Source: Patescibacteria group bacterium (GTDB taxonomy: Bacteria; Patescibacteriota; UBA1384; XYA2-FULL-43-10; 1-14-0-10-43-13). Taken from it: a stretch of 64,000 bases of DNA. The stretch lies in contig JBAYHC010000001.1 in the NCBI GenBank assembly GCA_041666325.1, positions 265,708 to 329,707 of the forward strand. Reading direction: 5' to 3'. This document shows positions 18,105 through 29,700 of the stretch, piece after piece. Under the pieces are notes generated by a model, which saw only the letters and a program-made list of their open reading frames with translations, ran no database searches and had not been told where the DNA came from. The position numbers were made by a program, and so were the translations under genes. Numbering within the stretch: the first letter of the stretch is position 1; the number at the start of each line of letters is the position of its first letter.

Positions 18105-18131
18105 GGGGCCTGCACAGGCCCCCTTTTTTTG
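18105..18131 (+). terminator. Terminator GGGGCCTG-ca-CAGGCCCC + TTTTTTT
   Basis: Read directly. Confidence 0.6.
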
Positions 18132-18205
18132 TCACATGCATGACAGTATAAACTCGGTGTCTAGAAAGAGTTTTCAACTCGTAACAAAGGGCACAATGCC
18201 CTTTG

Positions 18206-18544
18206 TTATGCAGCCAGTTCGACGATACTCGTCTGGTCCCTGGCAGAAATAACAGCGCCCATCAGGCGGCCATCGTCATCTTCAATAGACTGAATTTCTT
18301 GCGGCGACTCAATATAGTGGAAAAGATTGTCCGGATTATCCCCTTCCTCCCCGGTAACGATCTTGACACCCTGAACTATATCCCCGGAACAGTCACCTTC
18401 AAAAGCTACCAATGGCTGTTTGCTTAGCAGCTTCTCGCCTTCCTGGGGAGTTTGCACAGTAAGCTTAACTCGCTTCCCCTCATTTTCTTTGGCAAAGCGC
18501 ATCAGAAAATCGACCCATCCACTTTGCGGGATATCCTTACGCAT
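18206..18544 (-). CDS. Hypothetical 112-aa acidic protein
   Basis: ORF only; GAGGAGGA upstream but spacing short. Confidence 0.4.
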   Translation of the reverse strand: MRKDIPQSGWVDFLMRFAKENEGKRVKLTVQTPQEGEKLLSKQPLVAFEGDCSGDIVQGVKIVTGEEGDNPDNLFHYIESPQEIQSIEDDDGRLMGAVISARDQTSIVELAA

Positions 18545-18573
18545 CACTCCTCCTCATTGGACTGTTTATGGTA

Positions 18574-18744
18574 CTATTTTTTCTTTGCACTGTATTCCTT
18601 GACCTCAACGCCACCCGTATAGTCGTTCTCCTCAACCTCGACAACATGATGATCCGGATTATTGTCCATGTGATTCATTGCTTCCGCTGGTGATGTGCTC
18701 ATGAAGGAACAAGTTTCCTCAGCGCATGCATACTTTTTTGGCAT
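18574..18744 (-). CDS. Hypothetical 57-aa protein (Cys-containing N-terminus, acidic C-terminus)
   Basis: Start set to MPKKYACAEETCS with AGGGAGAG RBS. Confidence 0.4.
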   Translation of the reverse strand: MPKKYACAEETCSFMSTSPAEAMNHMDNNPDHHVVEVEENDYTGGVEVKEYSAKKK

Positions 18745-18861
18745 ATAACCCACTCTCCCTGCTACACAGATTGATTTATGCAACAGAATTGAATATTAAT
18801 ACTTGCGCCACAAAACATCTTAATTATATCAAGCAAAGGGAAAAAATAGTTTTGAAAGCTA

Positions 18862-20212
<1,351 letters not shown>

Positions 20213-20228
20213 CCGACTTGCAAAAACC

Positions 20229-21743
20229 ATGAAAAACAAACAGGTTGTCCTGATTGTTCTCGATGGCTGGGGTCACCGAGAAGAACAAGATCACAATGCC
20301 ATAGCCAAAGCAAAAACTCCCTTTTTTGATTATCTATGGGAAAATTTTCCCCATTCCTTGCTTGAGGCAAGCGGCGAACATGTCGGTCTGCCAGTAGGAC
20401 AAATGGGCAACTCGGAAATCGGCCATCTGACAATCGGCGCCGGTAAGATTATTGCGACCGATCTTGTCAGAATTTCCCAAGCCGTAAAAAACAGAGAGCT
20501 TTCTAATAACCCAGCCTTTTTGGAGTTGTTTGACCATGTCAGGAAACACAACTCGACACTTCACATTAAGGGCTTAGTCGGCCCGGGCGGCATTCACAGT
20601 CATTCTGAACACCTCTACGGCTTTCTCCACGCAGCCAAAGAGGCTGGCATTACCAAGATTGCCATCCATGCCTTTACTGACGGCCGTGACACTCCGCCCC
20701 AAAGCGCCACTCACTACCTAAAAGAATTAGAAGACTTAATTGAACACTTAGGAATTGGATTTATCGCCACCGTCTCAGGCCGATTTTATGCCATGGACCG
20801 TGATCATAACTGGGACCGACTGGCCAAGGCAGAAGAAGCTATTTTTGATGGTAAGGGAAAGACTGTTCGAGGCAAAAAACCTTCCCAAGTTCTAAAGGAT
20901 CTTTATCAGGAAGGTATACTTGATGAACACCTAGAACCGGTAATTTTTTTAGATGAGAACGGCCAAGATTACCAAGTACAAAAGAATGATGGCATCTTCT
21001 TCTTTAATTTTCGAGCAGATCGTGCTCGAATGCTAAGTCAGAGAATCTTTGAACGCAAGGCCGATTTAAATCTCTGCTATGTTTCTTTAACTGAGTATGA
21101 CCCAACGCACAATAGTCTTGTTGCTTTTCCACCAACCAGTATTGAAACTACCCTGGCAAAGGAAATTGATAGAGCAGGTTTAAACCAAGTACATATTGCT
21201 GAAACCGAAAAATTTGCTCACGCCACTTACTTTCTTAACGGCGGGCAAGAAAAACCTCACAGAAATGAGGAGCACATTCTCATTGAGAGTCGAAAGGACA
21301 TCAAAACTCACGATCAAGCGCCAGATATGAGAGCTGAGGAAATTGCAGACAGCATCATCGAATTTATTAGCAAGGACACAGATTTTATTTTTGCCAACTT
21401 TGCTAATCCTGATATGATTGGCCATACTGCCAATAGAGAAGCAATTATTCAAGCGATTGAATGTGTTGACCGGCAACTTGAGCGCATTGTTGAGAAAGCT
21501 TTGCAGCACAGGACAACAATGATAATCACCGCTGACCACGGAAATGCTGAAGTTAATTTTGACTCAGAAACGAGCGAAAAGCACACTGCACACACCACAA
21601 ACCCAGTGCCATTCATGGTCACTGATCCTAACTATGCATTAAGAAATGGCAACCTTGCAGACATTGCTCCGACAATATTAGAGATATTTAATTTGGCGAA
21701 GCCAAAACAAATGTCTGGAAAAAGCCTTCTAACTAGTCCCTAG
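20229..21743 (+). CDS. gpmI: 2,3-bisphosphoglycerate-independent phosphoglycerate mutase
   Basis: VVLIVLDGWGHRE...GNSEIGHLTIGAG...ITADHGNAE motifs. Confidence 0.9.
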   Translation: MKNKQVVLIVLDGWGHREEQDHNAIAKAKTPFFDYLWENFPHSLLEASGEHVGLPVGQMGNSEIGHLTIGAGKIIATDLVRISQAVKNRELSNNPAFLELFDHVRKHNSTLHIKGLVGPGGIHSHSEHLYGFLHAAKEAGITKIAIHAFTDGRDTPPQSATHYLKELEDLIEHLGIGFIATVSGRFYAMDRDHNWDRLAKAEEAIFDGKGKTVRGKKPSQVLKDLYQEGILDEHLEPVIFLDENGQDYQVQKNDGIFFFNFRADRARMLSQRIFERKADLNLCYVSLTEYDPTHNSLVAFPPTSIETTLAKEIDRAGLNQVHIAETEKFAHATYFLNGGQEKPHRNEEHILIESRKDIKTHDQAPDMRAEEIADSIIEFISKDTDFIFANFANPDMIGHTANREAIIQAIECVDRQLERIVEKALQHRTTMIITADHGNAEVNFDSETSEKHTAHTTNPVPFMVTDPNYALRNGNLADIAPTILEIFNLAKPKQMSGKSLLTSP

Positions 21744-21761
21744 GGAACGTACAACCAAAAC

Positions 21762-21797
21762 AAAAGAGTCCCAGTGCGTCGGGACTCTTTTGTTTTG
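21762..21797. terminator. Bidirectional terminator AAAGAGTCCC-agtgcgtc-GGGACTCTTT flanked by A/T runs
   Basis: Between convergent gpmI and ABC permease. Confidence 0.6.
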
Positions 21798-21805
21798 TGG
21801 CTCAA

Positions 21806-23005
21806 TTACTCGTAGCGCAAAGCGTCCAGCGGATTAAGCTTAACCGCTCGTTTGGCTGGATACCAGCCAGTTACAAAACCAATCAGAAGAGAAAAAATTG
21901 CAACCGCTACAGCAAACTGCCATGGAGTAGCAAAAACTGACACGGCTTCGCTGCCTGCCCGTTCGGCCAGCATGGTCAAAACACCATTGGTGGTATAGCC
22001 CAAGGCCTCGCCTATGGCCAGACCAAGCAAACCGCCTGCGACACCGATTATAAAAGATTCGGTGATGAATAACTTGTAAACATCTCTGTTGCGCATGCCA
22101 AGAGCTTTAAACAAGCCAACCTCGCGCATCCGCTCAAGCAGGCTTATAGTTAGAGTATTGAAAGCACCAAGAGCAGCAACCACTAGAGCGATTAAACCAA
22201 AGGCACCCAGAATCATTCTGAACAAGGAAAACACTTGAGCGATCTGGTTAACTGTATCCCCCACGTACTCACTCGACAAACCAATATTTTCCAGCTGCTG
22301 TCTAATACCGGCCACGCTATCGCGGTTGTCCGCTTTAAGCTTTAATGATGAATATTTGGTTGCATCATTTTTTGCTAAAAGCTCCAGAGGAACCAAAATT
22401 ATCGGCGTTTTGTCATCTTTGATTACACCGACCACCGTCGCCTGAATTCCTTCAGCCACCTTAATGCCGTCGATCTCATTGCTCCGAAGTTCTTTTGGAA
22501 TTATGATATCCAGGCTCAATTTTTGACCAATGATTGTGTCGGCACTTTCCCCCACCAGGCTAATAATTGATTGATTTACCGACACTTCGCTATCGCCGGC
22601 AGGAAGTTTTCCTTTGTCGGCATAGATGTCAGAGAGTTTCCAGTAATCAGCATCCGCACCTACAATTACCGTCTCAGTCGATGATGAACTATCGACTTTC
22701 TTGAGACGGCCAGCCAGATTAACAACTGGCGCAATCTTCTCAATGTGACCGAAATTTTGAACTTTTTCAACGATGGTTTGATTAATGCTCAAGGTTTTTA
22801 AGTTGGCCGAAGGGACATCAATGACGGTAAAGGCGTTAAAATTCGCCACCTGATTGGTCACCAACTGCTCAAGGCCATAACCAAGCGAGACCAAAAAGAC
22901 AATTGCGCCAATACCAATCGTTACACCCAGAACCGTCAAGGTTGTCCGCAACCTGTGCGACCAAAGATTCTTGAAAGCAATTGTAAAGATTATTCTTAGC
23001 CTCAT
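21806..23005 (-). CDS. ABC transporter permease, FtsX/MacB family (large extracytoplasmic domain + 4 TM)
   Basis: N-terminal TM, ~230-aa extracellular domain, C-terminal FtsX-type TM bundle (LLERMREVGLFKALGMRNRDVYKLF). Confidence 0.85.
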   Translation of the reverse strand: MRLRIIFTIAFKNLWSHRLRTTLTVLGVTIGIGAIVFLVSLGYGLEQLVTNQVANFNAFTVIDVPSANLKTLSINQTIVEKVQNFGHIEKIAPVVNLAGRLKKVDSSSSTETVIVGADADYWKLSDIYADKGKLPAGDSEVSVNQSIISLVGESADTIIGQKLSLDIIIPKELRSNEIDGIKVAEGIQATVVGVIKDDKTPIILVPLELLAKNDATKYSSLKLKADNRDSVAGIRQQLENIGLSSEYVGDTVNQIAQVFSLFRMILGAFGLIALVVAALGAFNTLTISLLERMREVGLFKALGMRNRDVYKLFITESFIIGVAGGLLGLAIGEALGYTTNGVLTMLAERAGSEAVSVFATPWQFAVAVAIFSLLIGFVTGWYPAKRAVKLNPLDALRYE

Positions 23006-23745
23006 AGCACCCCTTTTAGTTCTTCTTTGATTGCTTTTTTAATTTCTGATTCCCCGCCGGCCGCAATTACGCCATCACGCATTGCAATTTTTTTGGTTGC
23101 CATTGGCAAATAGATTAAATTGTGAGAAACCATAATAACTGTGCGTTTACTTTTTACTTGAAGAGATTGAAATAGATTCATTATTTCATCGGAGCTATGC
23201 GAGTCAAGATTGCCAGTTGGCTCATCCGCGACTATAATCCAAGGATTATTAACCAAGGCCCGAGCCAAACCAACCCTTTGTTGCTCGCCACCCGAAAGCT
23301 GCATCGGGCGCTTGCTCCAATATTTTGCCATCCCGACTTCTTCGAGAGATTTTATCGCCCGATTTTTCGCCGCGCTGGTTTTCTCGCCAGCAATCAATAG
23401 TGGCATCGCCACATTTTCCCAGACTGTTAGAGCTTTGATCCAAAAAGGTGACTGGTAGACCATGCCAAACTTCTCGGCGCGAAAAGCCGCTCGCTCCTCT
23501 TCTTTGAGTTTATAAATATCCGTTCCCCGGATTTTAACACTGCCATCGGTCGGCTTTTCTAAACCAACAATGGTGTGCAGCAGGGTTGATTTGCCGCAAC
23601 CAGACGGTCCATAAATTATAGCGAAATCTGTCGCCCTGATCTCCAAATCAAGACCAAGCAAAACCGGTGCCTTACGGCCGCCATCCAAAATATAGTCTTT
23701 CTTCAGACCAGAGATCTTGATAATTGTATCGTGAGACCCTTCCAA
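23002..23745 (-). CDS. ABC transporter ATP-binding protein (FtsE/MacB-type)
   Basis: GPSGCGKST Walker A, LSGGEQQRV signature, IIVADEPTGNLD Walker B; ATGA overlap with permease; TTG start. Confidence 0.85.
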   Translation of the reverse strand: MEGSHDTIIKISGLKKDYILDGGRKAPVLLGLDLEIRATDFAIIYGPSGCGKSTLLHTIVGLEKPTDGSVKIRGTDIYKLKEEERAAFRAEKFGMVYQSPFWIKALTVWENVAMPLLIAGEKTSAAKNRAIKSLEEVGMAKYWSKRPMQLSGGEQQRVGLARALVNNPWIIVADEPTGNLDSHSSDEIMNLFQSLQVKSKRTVIMVSHNLIYLPMATKKIAMRDGVIAAGGESEIKKAIKEELKGVL

Positions 23746-23771
23746 AATCCCTCCCAGCGGAAAACTTATAC

Positions 23772-26700
23772 TTATTGTAATTTTGTTCCAAAGGCACCAA
23801 AGATCCAGCCCAGCGAGCGCTGTAGCGAATTGAGAATAATATCGATAACTGATTTCTGGACTTTCCCTGTGATGGTGGTCGTATCCTCTGAAGCACCAAG
23901 GTTGCCGGCATTGTCATGGGAAACTGCCCGCAGATGATAAATCTTGCTGGGATCAAGTTCGGAGACAATTACCACGTGGCTGGTTGAGTAAGCCATATCC
24001 TCTTTGGTCTTGTTGGGGTAATCCTTGCCGGAAATGCCGGGACCATATTCAATCTGGCTGGTCGCCGGTTCATCAGTTTCCCAGGTAACAATAATCTGGG
24101 CTTTTTGAGCATCACTAATACCCGAAGCCTTGACCTCGGTTGTCATATTGTTAATCTTGGGCGGTCGGGAATCAAGGGGTGTTTTAAAGGTGTTTACATC
24201 AGAGGTAGCCTGATTACCAAACTGATCGCGGCTGATCGCCTGCAACTGGTATGTTTGTTGATCTACGAGACCCCTAATCACGATTTCGTGATCAGTCACA
24301 AATTGTGAAGTTGCTGACTCCTTTTTTTCTGCTTTGTCAGAAACGTAAGTCACCGCAGATGAGGCCGGAACGTTTGTTTTCCAGCCGACTTTGATTGAGG
24401 TTAGGGCTTCCTCGTTGGCCGTTTCAAAGCGCAAGTCAGAGATGCGAGGTTGAGCAATGGTCGTGAAGGCATGGCCTGGCGAGACTACTTCGTTATTATC
24501 AGCGTCTCTGATCGTAACCTTGACCTGGTAGGTTGTGCCATCTTGCAGATCAGACATCCGAACAACATGCTTGGTCGTCCCACCACCTGAGTCATCTTTG
24601 ATCGTCTGCCCATAATCCGTGGTCGCGCCATATTCAATGGTCGATGAAGATGCTTTGTTTGTATCAAAACTAAGAATCGTGGAATTTGTTGAAGTATCAC
24701 TGAATATAACATTGGCCAAAGCGGGAGCAGCAGTAGTTGTAAAAGTGTAATCAGCCGAGTAGCCAAGAGACTGGCTGTAGTCACGCAAGTCACCGGGATC
24801 CAAACTCTGGGTCTTGAAGTGGTAGAGTGTGCCGGGGGCCAAGCCGGTAATTTTGACCGAATGATCAGTTTTTTCTTCACGGGCGCCCAAACTTAGACCA
24901 TAACTTGTCGTCGTGCCATACTCGACAAAGGCATCTGATTTGCGATCAGTGGTCCAAGTAATCTCGGCACTGGTTGCCCCAGCGACTGCTTCGACGCTAT
25001 CAGCATCAATCGTCGGCGGTGCGGTGTATTTGCCGGTTGGCTGTTTACTAACAATGCCGCCGGCTCCCGGATCTGCCGATACGGCTCCGGCTGAATCCTT
25101 GGCATATATTTTATAATAATAGGTTGTCTCTGAGGATAAATCGGAATCAATATAGCCGGTTGAAGCAACGCTGCCAACCGAAGAAAAGCTCGTTCCATCG
25201 GTTGAACGATGGACAATATACTGAGAAACATCTCCGCCCGATGATGGTGCGGACCAGGTCAATGTTAAGCGGTATTCGCTCGTTGCCCGGCTTGAGCTGT
25301 CAGTCAAGAGAATACTTGTGGGAATCCCCGGGGCAGTTGTGCTGACATAAAAATCCACACTACCATACAAATTGTAGTTAATCTGCTCCGTTTCATCCTC
25401 GGCCACCACGTAGAACGTGTTCTTCCCCTGCTGGGTAGCATAAGCATCGGTCGCGAGCGAGGTAGCTGTCGTCACAGTTGTATTGGTAGCCGTTGGCAGA
25501 GCGTTAATTGAATAACGATAACGCTTGATCGAACCACTATAGGTCTGAGGAATGGCCCACTGAAAGGAAACATCGTTGGCTAGAAGCGGAGCGCCCTCAC
25601 TGCTTGCCGGCAGGGCACTTACTGCCGTTGGCGCCGAGGCGCCCTCACCAGCGTAGTAGTACGAAACTGATGCCTCAGATGATGTATTGCCGGCATTATC
25701 AACCACTCGCAAGTAAAATGTGTTGACGCCGCTTTGGTATGCGGCTCCAGAAAGTGCGACCTGGGTTTCGGTTGTTGTGCTTGACCAATTTGAATAGCTG
25801 CCAGATGAGGCACCAGTCTTGTATTGATAGCCGGCAATACTCGAGCCAGTCGTTGGCGCTCCTGGGTCGGTGGCTGCCGAACTGCCGCCATTGGGCCAGA
25901 GAAAAGTAAAAGTCGTGCTGGTAGTAAAGCCGGAGGGCGAGGCTGACACGATTGATGGAGGCGTCGGTGCCGCTGCATCATATTTGTAAGTGAAAGCAGC
26001 ATAAGCACTCTCGGGATAATTTTCTGCCCTGTCTTTAGCCAGAACCCGCAGATAGTAAGTCGTGCCGTTAGCAATAGCCGCGGTGTCAGTGCCAATAATT
26101 ATTGCGGTACCGCTTTGGAAATGAATGCCGGTTCCGCCCACTTCGGTGGCGATGCCTCGGGTTGTCCTTGGGTCAGCACTGTCGGAAGTACCGAAGTAAA
26201 CCCAATACCCTTCGATTCCACTACCAGCATCTGAGCCGTCGCCCCAAGTAAACTTAGGTGCTGCGTAATTGTACCAATTTCCGCTTGTAAGCTCTGTTGA
26301 GCCGCCATCGGCGTTAATTGCAGTTAAAGATGCCGGATTCGTCGGATTGGTAGTATCTGCCGTATATTGAACCTCAACACTACTCAAAACAACTTGCTGA
26401 CTACCACTACCAGTCAAAATCGCCTGCCACAGCAGTCCAACGTTAGATACGGAAAAAGTGGCAATATTAGCGTGAATATCCGCCTCACTATTAGCATTAG
26501 CCAGCGAGTTTGATGCTACCCAAGCTGAACTATTCCAATATTTCCAGCTTGTTCCGTTGTCATCAGATAATCGATAAGTAATCGTGCCACCATTGAGTGT
26601 TTCTTCGGCCACAAAACCGCTCCAGGCACCGACGTCTGAATCATCAACCGCACTCGTTGGCTGAATGGTTTGAGCCGAGTTAGTATAAGGGCTGGTTGTA

Positions 26701-29700
26701 AATGAAGTCCTTGCAGTATTGCTTATCCGGACTTCATCGATCATTCCAGCGAGTTTGCCAAGAGTTAATCCTGCCCCGGTGGTGCCCTGAGCGCCACCAA
26801 TATAGAGTGAATATGCGCTGTCTGCTAAAGTAACCGAACCAAAAGCAGTTGCAGAATCCTCTAATCCATCCACATAGATTTTGGCCGTCGCGCCATCGTA
26901 GGTGGCAGCGATGTGGTACCAACCAGCATCCCAGCTAGACCTAGATGATGCAGCAATCTTGTTGTCACCATACGACCAGATCTCGCCATCACCGGCCCCA
27001 GTGCCAAGACCGGCAATAAGTTTGCCATTGTAAACGGTCATTGATTGAACATCTTCATAATTACCGGTCACCCAACTGACGCCAACAGTATCTCCCCCAA
27101 CTTTTGTCCAGCTTGAACCATCGTATTTCCAGATTTCAGCGTCGCCAGCAGAGCTGCCCAAACCAGCATAGAGCTCGCCATTATAGCTAACTAGAGAACT
27201 CACTTTTTCATAGTCGGTATTCCAGCTATTGTTTAAACCATCGCCCCCTATCTTGGCCCAGGCAGAACCATTCCAAGACCAAACCTCTGCTTCACCGGCA
27301 CTACCCCAGCCCAATCCGGCATACAATACCCCTTGATTGATCGCCAAAGAAGCCACTCCTTCATGAGGGCCATCGGACCAGGTATCATTAAGTCCGTCTC
27401 CACCAAGCTTAGTCCAAGTAGAACCATTCCACTTCCAGACTTCCGGATCAGTAGTATATGCACTGCCTAACCCCACTAAAACATTAGAGCCAGAGACTAA
27501 AATAGTATCGATGATTTCATAGGTAGCATCCGCCCAGCTAGAATTGACGGTGTCGCCGCCAATTTTGCTCCAAGTCGAGCCGTCCCATTTCCAAAGCTCA
27601 GCCTCCCCAGTCGAATAACCAAGACCGGCATACAAATTCGTTCCGTCAGAGGCAAGGGATCGGGCTCGTTCATAGGTAGTATCCGCCCAGCTAGAATTGA
27701 CGGTGTCGCCGCCAATTTTGCTCCAAGTCGAGCCGTTGTAGCGCCAGACCTCGGCATCACCAGCACCATCGCCCAACCCAGCATAGAGATAAGTTGCGTC
27801 CGAGGTCATCGAGAAAACAGTCTCATAGGTGGAATCCGCCCAGCTAGAATTGACGGTGTCGCCGCCAATTTTGCTCCAAGTCGAGCCGCTCCACTTCCAA
27901 ACCTCCGCTTCACCGCTACTGGTACCCAAACCAGCGTATAGATTACCCCCAAAATAATTCATCGAACTGACAGAATCATAACCGGAATTCCAACCAGAAT
28001 TGGTGTTATCACCACCAATCTTGGTCCAAGCAGATCCACTCCAAGACCAAACTTCTCCGTCGCCACTACCAGTACCCAAACCGGCATATAGATTAGTACC
28101 GTCACCCACCATCGAAATAACATATTCATATCCAGTACTCCAACCCGAGTTCAAGCCATCGCCACCAATCTTGGCCCAAGAAGTGCCATTGTAGCGCCAA
28201 ACCTCGGCATCTCCCGATGTCTGGCCCAAGCCTGCATAGAGATAAGTAGCATCCGCGTAGAGTGAGTAGACCGATTCATAGGTAGCTCCCGCCCACGATG
28301 AATTGGTGCCATTTCCCCCAATCGGAGTCCAGGCACCGGTCGAACCGTCATATTCATAAACAACCGCATCGCCAGGCGATGTTCCATGAAGACCAAAATA
28401 CTGTTTATTATTATAATTAGCCGAAGACATAACATCGCTCTCATAACCAGGCCCCCAGCTTTTATAGGCGCTTCGTCCACCAATCATCTCCCATGCTGAG
28501 CCATTGTAGCGCCAAACCTCCGCATCCGTGTACGACGTTCCTCCTGAACCATACAGAGCGACGTATAAAAATTGATTATCAGTAACAGCATTAACAACAT
28601 AAAGCGTAGTGTTCCACGATGAATTTGCTCCATCGCCGCCAACTTTGGTCCAAGCCGAGCCGTTCCAGGACCAGACTTCTCCATCGCCGCTGCTTATGCC
28701 ACCAACTCCGGCATATAGGCTTCCCTGGAAATTAGCCAGGGTTTTAACGTTCCCGTATGTGCCTGCATTCCACGATGAATTTGCTCCATCGCCGCCAACT
28801 TTGGTCCAAGCCGAGCCGTTCCAGGACCAGACTTCGGCGTCTTGACCCGCAGTCCCAGATGTTCCTACATATAGAGCACCGCCCATTTCCTGGAGAGAGC
28901 TAATAGCATCAATAGTCTCGTCCCACCCTCCATTAATACCGCCGCCGCCAATCATTGACCAAGACGTACCGTCGTATTGCCAGACACTTGCTTGCTTGCT
29001 AGCAGATCCATTGCCCCAAATACCAGAGCCGGCATAGAGTTTACCATTCCCCACCGTAATAGCATCTATCTCTACCAGCTGCGGCGCGAACCAGGAATTT
29101 GTATCACGACCTCCAATGGCTGCCCAGCTAGACCCGTTCCACTTCCACACCGTACCCTCATTGACATCGCCACCCAACCCAGCATAGAGATCAGTCCCGA
29201 TCACGCTCATGCTATAAACTCTATTTTCTATCCCTGTCCATCCGGAATTAGTATTATCGCCGCCAATCTTAGTCCAGGCGGAACCGCTCCAAGACCAAAC
29301 CTCAGCATCACCGCTCGAGTCACCAAGGCCAACAACCACAGAGCTACCTAGGGCAGTAATTGCATAAACACTTTCGTAATTGGTAGTCCATCCGGAATTG
29401 ATACTGTCGCCACCGATCTTAGTCCATGTTGTGCCATCATAAATCCAGACTTCAGCATCATTACCACTAGTTGAAAGACCGGCATAAAGAGTAGTACCTA
29501 TATATGCCAGCGAGGTTATTTGTTCATAAGTAGCATCGGCCCAGGAGCTATTAGCAGCGTCACCGCCGATTTTTGTCCAGGTGGTACCGTCATAGCCCCA
29601 GACTTCAGCATCGCCAGCTGAAGCGCCAAGACCCGCGTAAAGCGTGGTGGACCCATTGGTAGCAAGCGACCAAACACTTTCATAACTCGTGGCCCAGGAA

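Noticed and set aside
27497-27784. Possibility that the intragenic repeats are a diversity-generating retroelement template/variable pair
   Set aside because: No reverse transcriptase or accessory gene; repeat copies are identical over 56 nt then diverge broadly rather than differing only at adenines.
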